From Heptranchias perlo (Eukaryota), in contig NC_090343.1 in assembly GCF_035084215.1 (NCBI RefSeq), positions 10,292,001 through 10,356,000 on the forward strand: a DNA stretch of 64,000 nucleotides, written 5' to 3'. The notes under the pieces were generated by a model. It ran no database searches. It was given only the letters and a program-made list of their open reading frames with translations, and was not told where the DNA came from. A program made the position numbers and the translations under genes. Positions 38,440 through 49,600 of this stretch are shown here, piece by piece; within the stretch, counting starts at the first letter, position 1; every line of letters begins with the position of its first letter.

Positions 38440-38850
38440 GAAAAAAAGCACCTTTCACAACCTCAGGACATCCTAAAGCCAATGAAGCACATTTGAAGTG
38501 TAGTCACCATTGTAATATGTATGGATATGCAGTAGCCAATTTGTGCACAGCAAGGTTCCACAAACAACAGTGAGATTAATAACCAGATAATTTGCTTCAG
38601 TGATGGTGGTTGGGGGATAAATGTTGGCCAGGACACTGGGAGAACTCTCATACACTTCTTCCAATAGTGTCATGGAATCTTTTATGTCCACCTGAGAGGA
38701 CAGTAGGGGCTCAGTTTAACATTTCATTTGAAAGACAATGCAGCACCCCCTCTGTTCTGCACTGAAATGTTATCTTAGATTTAAGTCCCTGGAATGGAGC
38801 TTGAGCCCATGACCTTCTCAGAGGCAAGAGTGCCGGCACTGAACGAAAGC
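38440..38850 (-). mobile_element. SacSINE1/Deu-domain-like SINE
   Basis: Reverse complement of the family at 26640-27040. Confidence 0.7.
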
Positions 38851-39060
38851 TGCCACCTTGTGAATGTCTTAATCACAAGACATTCTTCCACAGAAATTTG
38901 CCTTAGCCACAAGGCATTTGCTCCAGCAATGTGCCTTAATCACCCAAAGGCATTCTACACCAATAATATATCTTAAATCCAACACACTCTGCTCCAACAA
39001 CATGCCTTAATCACAATCTCAAACAAGTATTCCCTACAGCACTAAAGTCGTTTAGACATT

Positions 39061-39180
39061 GGGAGTGAAATTGGACTTGGACGGTTACGTAAAATGAACG
39101 GTAGTGAATCAGCCGCCCATTTTACACCCGACCCAATTTTCTTTCCCACAATAGCTACTGCTCAAGACCAATTTCACCCC
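39061..39180. mobile_element. Small MITE-like element
   Basis: Terminal inverted repeats gggagtgaaattggacttg / caagaccaatttcacccc; GGG...CCC termini as in the Harbinger elements of this window. Confidence 0.5.
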
Positions 39181-39538
39181 TGTTGTTTTTTGCTCGGTAT
39201 TGGAGTGTTTTAGATGCAAATTGCTATTGATAAGTGTCTGTATATGAATTAATATTTCAGGTTGGAAGGTTGTGGAAGGTGGGGGTGGGATGATCCCCCT
39301 ACTGTTCTATCTGCGATGACCTACCTTGGCACAGACCAGGGATTGAATGTGCTGATACTCTGGTCTCTGCGGCTCGGTATCGACCAGTGAAATGTCCAAC
39401 AAAGCCATCAGGAAAGGGTACAAAAGGTGATTTTTCAATGGTGATGACAATAGCAAATGTTAATGAAAATCACTCACATCTACTCTATATTTGCTTAGCA
39501 TGGAAACTGAAGCACAAAAACAAAAAGAATTTACTTAC

Positions 39539-39588
39539 TTATATGTGTTACAGCCAGTGCAGCCACACTTCTTATCCTGTGTCACCAT
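39539..39588 (-). CDS. OCSTAMP: OCSTAMP copy A, probable coding exon 1
   Basis: gaaATGG start, MVTQDKKCGCTGCNTY+AA, strong donor GTAAGT. Phase 2 joins exon 2 in frame (K-C-C-N-L-K-T-S-F). TATA-like TTTATAA about 80 bp upstream. Confidence 0.7.
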
Positions 39589-42500
39589 TTCGGATGTAAT
39601 TCTTATCTGTTGCATAGTTACTGCACCTTCAGTTTAATGAATAAATGGAAAGAATCAAAAGTGAATTATAAACTGCGTTTCCAGCTTTACGCTCCTCACC
39701 TCAACCTTGATGATCACACATACAACTTGGCACGGTTACTATAATAATGCAAACAACTTCACAGCTTCCTGATTTATATAATATCCTGATCATATCGATA
39801 TTTCACTGTTCCCTCTTCTTAAAAAAAATTTGAGTTTGCTCCCTTGTATGGATTCAGTTCATAATTAAAAACATTAAAAATGCAATCTAAACAGGTATAT
39901 ATATTGGAGGACATTTGTGCTCATCAGATATCTATATTGTGAATTAAAACTATTTTGCCAGGATTGAGCCATTGCATGTAAGCATGAGCCATCTTTTACA
40001 CCCTGCAATAATATGCCTCAATGTCGACCTCAGAGGAGCAGTCTGAAGCCTCACATACTCTTGTCACTGGGTAGCATATAGAGGACCTGCAAAACAAGGT
40101 TTAAGAGGACATCACACACTATCACCAAGAGGAAGCATTGTGGCAGCAAACACAAGGGATTCATACAAGACATGTTTGGTGATTAGAAATATAGTTGTAC
40201 TAAGGTTGTTGCATTTGCTGACAGTATTCCTGCAAAGGTTGGTGAGCATGTTTCAGAAGACGACATGAATGGGAAATTTTTGACTTGCAGGGAAGGTTTA
40301 CGGCACTATAGGTGAAGTCATATTTGTGAGGCCATGAGAAAGCTGTGGACGGGACCGTTAATGCAGTGGGCACATAACCAAGCTAAGAGTCTTCCTGTAT
40401 GAGAGCTTGACGAATGCCACTCTCCCAGCAAGCAATTGATTATCTAGCTGCTGCTTCTTCAGGCTGCTCCTGCTATTTGATCGCCCCTTTGATGCACCTG
40501 GGCCTTTCCTGCTTTGGGGCCTCCACGATGATGCCTCTTCGTTGGGTCAAGTTGTGTAGCATGCAGCGGGCTACCATGATTCTTGCAACCATGGCCCTTG
40601 AGGAGCTGTCAACTCTTCTGAATCTGTTGGTCAGGTTTTGCTAGTTTTCTAGGTTGACATGTATAAGGGAATGGAATAATTTCCTATCCCACCTATCCTG
40701 AATTTGCCTTTTGCCAGTTTGCACCAATATCCTTCAGCCATGTTTTAACCTGAAATAGTACATTTCCACTCCATTTAGTATCATATATACCTCTATAAAG
40801 TATATTCATTTAATTGCCTCCTTTCAAAGCTGAAGAGTACAAATTTTTCTAACCGTTCCTCAGAAATCAGCAACTTGCATTTATATCACAATTAGGTTTA
40901 AGGCAAACAGATGCCAAGCCAGAAGGGTGAGAATAGGAGGGGTGAACAAAAGCTTAATCAAAGTGATGGGTGTTGAGGAGGTTTTGAAAGGGGGAGAGCC
41001 TGAGATGTTTAGGTAGGGAGTTCCAAAGTTTAGGACTGGTGCAGCTGATTGGTCTGCCACCAAGTGAGGGGCAAAGAGAGAGGGCTTTGCACAGAAAGCT
41101 GGAGTCAGAGGGACTGAGCATTTGGGATGGGATTTAGGGCTGGAGGAGATTGCAGATGGAGGGATTTATAGACGAGAACAAAGGCTTGAAATGTGGTATG
41201 TTGGGGGGACAGGGAGCCAGTGTAGATCAGTGGGGATGGGGTGATGGGCAATCAGGGCGTGTCAAGTTGGAGTTTTGGACAGGTTGGAGTTTATGGAGGG
41301 TGGAGGATGGGAGGCCAGCAAAGAAATTAGTTCGCTGACTTTTGAGATCAGCCTTGTGACTCCTCTCTGCACAGCTTCCAGGACTTGGATTCACTTGTGT
41401 CTTGGTGACCATAAGTGAATGCAATTCTCAATGTGCGGCCTGACTGCAGCACTGTACAGGTCCAGCTTTACGGGCTTCAACTTATACTCTACTGATTTGG
41501 CAATACAACTCAACATTCTATCTGTTTTTGTAATTGCTACAATGGCTTGACATTGTAAGTGTTGAGTCTATTGTCATTTCCAGTTCACCTCCTCTTCTCT
41601 TCTGGCCAATTCAATGTTATTCATTAAGTAAGTATATTCTCCATTTATTTTTCTTCCAATGTGTAGCAACTTACACCTATCTGTGTTGAATTTCTGTCAT
41701 AGTGCTGCCCATTTTCATAGAATCATAGAATGGTTACAGCACAGAAGAGTCATTTTCGCCGAGAGGGTGAAGAGACACAATTTGGACAGGTAATTTTGCT
41801 GTTATATGCTTTTCTATTAATTGCACACTGTCTTGCTTTGGCCTCCTTGTGTGAGCTTCTTCAAGTGCTCAGAGATGCTGTGTGAAACATTTTGTGAATC
41901 TGTTGTGCTCTTTTATGGTATTCCATTTGGGGTGGCAGGGGGTAATTCTGCCTTCTACTTGATTCAACAAAAAGTTCATGAGCTGCTCAAATGTCACTCT
42001 TACACAAGAGTGTTTGGTACCAGATCTCAAATGGCCAGTAGTGACTGTTAACCCAGAGATTGTGGGCTTGGTTTTCAAGCTGAAGTGCTGGTGCGTTGAG
42101 GGCGGGTGGGCTCCGAAAATCAGGGAAAATCCCGAGCTGGTGCGGAAGCCACCTCCAACCCACCAACTTCCGGGTTCCCCACAGACACATCTGTGTGCGC
42201 GCACGCCTCACGAATGCAGAAGTCCCACCAGCAATTAAAGCCGGCGGGAGATGAAAGTTAACACAGTTATTTAGATAGTTTAAGTATTTGAAGTAGTTAA
42301 TTTCATGGTGATTGAGGTACGGGACCGATTTTCATTCAGCCTCAGTGTGTTTCCCGTGCTGTGGGAAACACTCCATTGTTTTAGGAGACATGTTTCAGCC
42401 AGCAGCCAGTTGGATATTGAAATGCTTGTTTGACAGATGGGGAGAAAAGGTGAGTTATTGCAGCAGGATATCTGTTCTTTCAGACAAACTTTTGGCTGGG

Positions 42501-42629
42501 AGATCTTTGTGTTTACACTGAAAATGTTTAGTTTCTACTCAGAATTGTTCTGTTGACGCATACTTACCAACTTTTCAGACCCCCTCAAACTGACACCATC
42601 AGGATGAGGGGTGGGGGGGGAACGCATGG

Positions 42630-43510
42630 CTGCATTTGCCACTACATCCGAGGTCGAGCAACATCACCAGCCTCGCCAGGCACGGCGTGCACTTCTGCCA
42701 CTTGGAGCTCCACAATACAGTGCTGCACCACAGGCACCTGCACAAGAGCACAGAGAGCAACAATAGAGAGAGCGATGTCGCAGGAGGCACTACCCTCGCC
42801 AGAGGGTCCACAGACCAAGGCTCAGCTTCCTGGACCTCTCTGAGGAGCAGTGCACACGGAGGCTGAGAGTGAATTGCCAAGTGGTTGCAGACATCTGCAG
42901 CCTCCTTAATGCCGAGCTGCTCGCGGCTGGGCAGAGCGGCATCTCATCACCTGTCAACGCTCAGCTCGTTTGTGACCACCGCAAAAGATTCCTTCACGTG
43001 TGTGCCAGATTCCCTGGCAGCTGCCACGATTCCTTCATTCTGATGGATTCCAACATCCCGGGCCTCTTCCACACACCGAACACCCTTAAGGGCTGGCTCC
43101 TCGGGGACAAGGGATACCCCCTGCACACGTTGCTCACGATACCTCTGAGGAACCCCATCAACGAGCAACAACGTCAATACAGCGACAGCCACGTCGCCAC
43201 CAGGTCTACAATTGAGCATGCTACAGGGCTGTTCAAGATGCGATTTAGGTGCCTTGATCATTCTGGGGGAGCGCTTCAAAACGCACCAGACAGAGTGGGA
43301 TGCATTATAGTATTGTATTGTATCCTTCACAACATGGCACAACAGAGAGGGGTACCGCTTGAGGAGGCCCCATCCACATCTGCTATCCACATTGAGGAGG
43401 AGGTGGGAGAGGAGGAGGAGGAAGATGAGGATGAACCCATGGCCAGAGCAGTGGCTCACTTGGCTGCTTGTGAGGCCAGGGAATCACTGATATGTGAACG
43501 GTTCTCCTAA
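42630..43510 (+). pseudogene. Harbinger (HARBI1-like) DDE transposase relic, internally deleted
   Basis: NAQLVCDH...ARFPGSCHDSFIL...WLLGDKGYP...RSTIEHATGLFKMRFRCLD...CILHN. The segment carrying the first catalytic Asp (GxIDxTH) is missing. Confidence 0.88.
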
Positions 43511-43813
43511 CATCAGAAAGTGTGAAGAGTCCAGTCCTCAGACCACCTGGAAAGGGCAGGGCCCACACCAACCCCCCATGCCCCCGCACAAAACAGTCCT
43601 GCAAGTACACATACACCCCACTGTGAAGTGATCCAATGGGTGGCATGAAGTGTCGCCGTTTATGCTGAAGCTCATGAAAGAGCCCTATCACAAAAGCCAG
43701 TCAAGGATGGGGAAAACGTGAGAATGATAACATTTAATGTGAATATAACAAAAAACAAATATAAATGGATAACATGACAGTCTGTCAGACTCCCTTGTGC
43801 ATACACTTTGTGC

Positions 43814-45440
43814 TCACAAATCCTTAGCCTTCCTCTTCCTATGGCTTCTATGTGGTGCATCCCCTATGGCTGCAGCAGAGGTAGTGGCAGGTTGCTCATG
43901 TTCATGCCCTGACTGCTTAGATGCTTTCAGCTTACGCCCTCTGGGGTTTGGAGCCCATGAAGGCCCCTCCAAAGACTGTTCCACCTGCACCTGTGCAGGG
44001 GCAGACTCGGTCACCTGGCGAGGAGGCAGCATTGTGGGTACTGGTTGAGAGGGGGGCAACGGGTGAGACGTGGGAGGGCTTTGAGTGGTGTCCCAGCTTC
44101 CATGTCCCCTTTCCCCATCATCTCTCTTCTGGGCCAGGCCCACATCACTCCTACCACCCTGCTGGAGAACAGTTTGAAAGACATGTGTGATGCTTTGTAA
44201 GGCCACTTCTAAAGTATCTGTCAGTCTGTTTAAGGCGGCAGAATGTTGTTCACCCTGAGTCCGAATGACAGTGGTCAGGGCCTGAATGGACTCATTTGTG
44301 AGCCGAGCTTGAAGTTTAATGGAGGCTGCCATTCTCTCCATTGCAGACATTCCCGCACTTACCTGTGCCACCATTCCACTAATGCAGGAGTTGGACTCCT
44401 CCATCCTCTGAGTTATTGGAGAATGATGGAGGGACAGCAGCACATTTGCGAGGTACTGGAACAGGTGCCACGCACACTCTCCACCCAACTAACTGACTAC
44501 TAGGACCCACCAAGGTATGAGTATCTGCGCTGGTGGATGGCTCGCTATGATGTGACGGTCCACCCGCAGATGCCTGGAACTCCTCTGAGGAATTGCCCTC
44601 TGCTGTCACTGTGGACGTTGAAGGGCCTGTAAGAGAACAGAAGGCAATATTAAGCTTCATCATAGATGTGTCCTGTTGCGATGAGCATACTGAGGCGTTC
44701 AACATGGCAAGCATTGTTAACATCAATTCATGTTGTGTGTGATAAATGTTAAAGTTGTGTCACCAGACGTTTGTGGGGTGCCAGTCTCGCCGTCCCTGAC
44801 GGACAGGCACTCCAGGGTGCGGCTGATCTCCAGCGCCTCCTGCTCCGTGTCTGTGAGGACCGCTATTTGTTGTGGCCCCCCTCCAGTCCTTGTCCTCTCG
44901 GGTGCATTTTGCGCTCCCATCTAGAAGGGGAGAAAGCACAGACATGTGAGTGAGTGATGGTGAAGTGGCCAACCAATGAATGCATTGCTTTTGGTGAGGC
45001 TGACTGTGAAAGAGATGCATCAGAGGGTGAGTATGAGACGGAGACATCACATTGGATGAGGATTGGGGTGAGTGGTAGTGGTGGGATGACTAATGGGGAG
45101 ATGAGGAAGTGCTGAGGAAGTGCAGGTAAGTTGAGGATGAGCCTTAAGTGGGTGTGAGGAGTGATGTGATGGAGTAGTCATGGCAGTGCAGAATGAGTTG
45201 GGGTGGGGGTGTTGATGTGCGACATGGAATGTAGGAGAATCAGTAAGTGTACTCACTTTTGCTGACCTAGTTAGGTCATTGAAGCGCTTCCTGCACTGGA
45301 CCCAGGTGCAGGAGATGCTGCTGCTGCTGGTGCCCTCCTCTGCCACCTCGAGCCAGGCCTTCTTGGTGGCAGAGGCGGGGCACTTCCTTCCGGCTGCGGG
45401 GTAAAACACTTATCTCCTCATCCTCACCCCGGCCAGTGAG
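43814..45440 (-). pseudogene. Harbinger Myb/SANT-like DNA-binding protein relic (intron-containing)
   Basis: TKKAWLEVAEE...WVQCRKRFNDL and ERTRTGGGP motifs; GT-AG bounded pieces; low-complexity C-terminal exon 43814-44488. Confidence 0.8.
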
Positions 45441-45935
45441 CAGCCTTGCCCCTGAGCTGCTTCATTGTGACTTCTGGGTCTTTGCTGCAGCAAAAGCCTT
45501 TGGAGCAATGGCCCCTTAAATAGAGCTGCTCCAGCTGGCAGCCTGTCACGCGGGTGCGCAGTCCACTCACTGCGCAGCTTTCGGATGGCAAACCCGGAAG
45601 CCACGTTAAGGTCCACCAATTAACGCGCGATCACATGGGAAACGGTAAGATTTTATTAGTCGGGTTACCCATGTGCCCATTGACCCCTCACCCCACCCCT
45701 GCTGCCATCTGAAAATCGAGCCCTGTGAGTTGAAGTCCAACAATTCACTGGTGGCTTATTGGGCAACTACAGGGCAGGTGGGAGGAGACTCATAAATGGA
45801 GATGGGGGTCCTAGGGCCCTGTTTCTCAGGTGATAAACTCTAAAATCACTTTTTGAACACCAAATAAACAGGCAAAACGCACCCAAAATTTGTGTGAAAA
45901 ATAAACTGGCTCGGGAAATTAGGTGACTCGTGCCA

Positions 45936-45954
45936 CAGCACCACCTAGTGGTGA
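45936..45954. promoter_or_regulatory. Candidate CTCF site
   Basis: cagcaccacctagtggtga closely matches the CTCF core GCGCC(A/C)CCTAGTGG. Confidence 0.45.
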
Positions 45955-46229
45955 GGTACTTGTAACTGCAGCATGAAGGCTGGTAGGTTTGTCCCATTGT
46001 GAATTGTTGACATATCTGACTGGACTCTCCCTCTGGGTTCCTGCCAGAAACCGGATGGGATAGTGGCGGAGAATGATAGAAAATCTGGGTTTAGCCCAAC
46101 CTGCATTTCCCTCCCTCCGCTCCCCCCCCCACTGGACCGCCGCTGGCCGCTTCTTCCCCACACACCACATGCAAATGGTGGTGGGGAGAGGGCAGGGCTC
46201 AGGTCCCTGGCCGATTCCTTCCCATCACC

Positions 46230-46660
46230 CAGATGTTAGCTGTCCACGACCGAGTGTTGCCGCCTGGCACACTCCAAGGTGCAGGAGTACGTGCTGCGGG
46301 AGGTACTGAGGTGAGGTGCGACCTACGCAGAGGCTTTACGGGGAAAGGCCACCGTTTAGAGCCCTCCTGCCATTATATACCGAGGGGCTGGAATCAGTGA
46401 AAAACCCCTTCAGGCAGAAAGTAAAATGATAAATGAATGTAACAAAATGTACTGTATCTGTAATGACTGTAATGCAAGGAGGCACCCTTGGGTGCCATGA
46501 ACTGTATTTACAATGCATGGTGCGTAACTATTGATTGTACCGGGACGGTTGTTTTGTGCTGTATGTACGTTGCAAATTGTATGATCTGTATTGTTTGAAT
46601 TACATTGTTTATACCTTTACAAATTTTATGAATAAAGCTTATGTTGAAATATAAAAAAAT
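46230..46660 (+). mobile_element. 5'-truncated Tx1-like L1 3' end
   Basis: TECCRLAHSKVQEYVLR, homologous to about 51660-51720, followed by a TG-rich 3'UTR, tttatgaataaag and an A-rich tail. Confidence 0.8.
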
Positions 46661-46689
46661 GTTCCCAGTAACTCAATACTTTAATGCCA

Positions 46690-49600
46690 GAGGTTGGCAC
46701 AATGGCTCTTTCTCTGCACTGCCCCCGTGCCTTGAAATTTCCCCTATACCTTGATGACCAAACTGGTCGGGATGCCTTTTCCCAGGAAGGTGAAGACGGT
46801 TTCTTTCTCGCAGCAGACATGGCGACCAAAGATCCAGAGCACCAGGACATGGGGTGCGCAACACGGTCAGGCTGACCGCAAAGACGGGTGAAAGACCCAC
46901 GCCATGGCAACGGGACGTCTTTGTGAGGAAGGTTCTGTTGGGAGCCTGTGGATTCATGCCAAAGGACATCTTCTGCCTGCAGGACTTCCCAAAGAGCGGC
47001 TATTTCGACATGACCTTCAAGAACGTCGAAGGATGCCTGAAGATGTTCCAGGCTGTCAAGGAGAAGGGGAAGGAAGCGCCGTTGTTGCTTCTCAGTGCGG
47101 AACTGCTCTTCGCGCTCCCGCAGGAGAAGGAACGGACGCTAACGATCCACATGTTCAACCCGCATGTGCACGTTGTGGATATGGTGATGTTCCTCAAGCG
47201 GTACGTGGACGGAGCAGAGCGGGTCATCGGCATGGCGGACATGCACAGGGTCTGGACCAGCAAGAGGAACATCCAGGCGAAGCTGAGGGCGGATGCCGAT
47301 GGAAATATCATCCACCTACCATCAAGCTTTGCGATTGGGACGAGTCGAGGGTATGTGGTGTAAGCGGGGCAGCCCGGAGTGTGCCGATCCTGCGGCAATC
47401 CCGGGCACGAAGCAGCCTCCTGCAAGGCGGTGATCCGCAGGAACTGCAGGAAGGAGGGCCATCAGACACTGGACTGTCAGGAGGCCAAGTGCTGCAACCT
47501 GTGCGGAGAGGCTGGTCACCTGTACAAGACCTGCCCAAACCGCAAACTAAGCAATGCACGGGCAGCGAGAGGTGAGGTGACGCAGGAGAAGAGAGTAGCA
47601 GTCGTAGCTGCCCCAAAGGAGACCAGACCACTCCCCCCCCGCTGTGGTCCCACGTGAAAGGGCCAATGACCAGGAGGAGGACAAAGAACAGGAAGGGAAT
47701 GTCGAGGAAACCAACCAAACCCCGACACCCAGCCTCGAAACTACCCCTGAGAACGCAGAGCCAATGGAAGGCGAACCAGAGATGGATAAAGGATGGATGA
47801 TGCAAGCAAAGAGAAAACGGAAGACCTGCAGGACCAGAGGCATGAACGCCAAAGGTGCGGCCAGCAGCAAGAGGAGCTTAGAGTCCCCAACATACAACAG
47901 CGACCACTCCTCGGACGATGACCAAAGAAAGGGGGGGAAACCCCACCTTCATCAAAGGAACAGGCAAAACGCGATGGTGACCAGCGACACCGACAACGTG
48001 CTCCAACTCTAGGACAATGGGAGCAGCAACACCCAGCTTCAGGACACCGGGAGCAGCAACGCACCCAGCACACCCCAACTCCGGGACACCGGGGAAAGCG
48101 ACGCGGAGAGCGAGGTGCCCCAAACTCCGGGCAACCGGGAGCAACACGACAGACGCAGAGAGCGAACCACCGGCGAAGAATGAGGAGCTGGACCTGGTTG
48201 TGGATCTCATGGATTTACCATCATCACGGAGACCCCTGAGCAAGGACCCTCCCCAAACGGAGGACAGGCCTCCTTCCTCAGCCCATGGACTGTCCAGAAG
48301 TTCCTGCACACCACACAAATGCAGAATCTGGACCCAGGGTCCCAAATGGACGGTAACGTAAACCCCGGACTGATGCAATAAGTAAGACCTGAATGTTTTG
48401 CTTTCCTTTGTATTTTAAAATGGATTTAAAAATTGGATCCATAAACGTGCATAGCATCAAATCAACTACACGATGTGTCGCGACCCTGGACTACCTGTCC
48501 AGGGCCAAGAGGGACCTGCTGTTCTTGCAGGAGAGCAGGATCCCGCACCTCAGCAACTACCAGCAATGGTCATACATATGGACCCAGAGGCAGTCGATCT
48601 GGTTGGGAGGCAGCGATAGTTGTTCCTTGGGCCTGGGATTTCTGCTGCGAGGAGGTCAATTCACCATCGCTGAGGTTAAGGAGGTGGTGGGGGGGCGCCT
48701 GCTCGTAGCAAACGTTCTGTACAAGAACACCCCGCTCTGACTGATCAATGTGTACGCCCCGACCCTTTGGAGTGAGCGGATGGAAGTCTTCCAGCATCTC
48801 CCGATTCTGCTGGCGATCTCCAGGCCGATCGTTCTCGCCGGAGACTTCAACTTCATCATCGATGCAGCTGGACGATCCAGCAGAGGCGGTGGTATACTGG
48901 ACACCACGTCCAAACTCCTGATAGAGGAGGTGAAAGACGCAAAGTTTCGCGACGTCTTCAGCACACCTGCAGATGGAGCACCGCAGAGATACACCTGGTC
49001 CAGACGAGACAGGTCCGTCCGTTCCAGGATAGACTTCCTTTTTGTAACCTCAACGCTCAACGTCAGATCCACCGACGTTCCAGCCGGTGTTCTTCTCTGA
49101 CCAATGCCTCCTACTGGCCGACTGCCAATCGCAGGAGGATCAGAGGGCGGGCAGAGGGAAATGGAAGCTGAACGTGAGACTGTTGACCCCAGAGAACATT
49201 GAGGAACTAAAGAGGGATTACACAGGTTGGAGAACCGTGAAACCCCTCTTCGACTCCACAGTGCACTGGTGGGAAGCGATCAACGCCAACATCGAGAGGC
49301 TCTTCATCCTCAAAGGTGTTCAGAAGGCGAGAGAGAGAGAAGTGTCACAACTCCAGAAAAGCATGCAGGATCTGCTCCAGCTACAGTCGATGGGGGTCAA
49401 TGTCAGGGGGGATCTCCAAGAGGTGAAGGGCCAACAAACCTCGCTCTTCGCCTCTGAGGCCTCAGTGATTATCTCCCGGTCCAGAGTCCGCTCCATGGAG
49501 CAGGACGAGACGTGCTCGCGCTTCTTCTTCCAGAAACTGCACAGAGAGACCTCTAATCAGCAGCCTGAAAGAGGAAGACGGCTAACTGACGTCCTCGCAG

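Larger units (their letters stand above)
42064..45723. mobile_element. PIF/Harbinger DNA transposon, complete but decayed
   Basis: Imperfect TIRs GGGCTTGGTTTTCA / TGAAAATCGAGCCC and 3-bp TSD TGT on both sides. Convergent genes: a DDE transposase relic (+) and a Myb/SANT protein (-). Confidence 0.92.

Noticed and set aside
42869-43510. Host HARBI1 gene
   Set aside because: It lies inside TIRs with a TSD, is paired with a Myb/SANT ORF and is internally deleted, so it is a transposon relic.
46854-47657. Host ZCCHC3 gene
   Set aside because: It has a stop and frameshifts and is directly followed by endonuclease-RT ORF2, so it is Tx1 ORF1.
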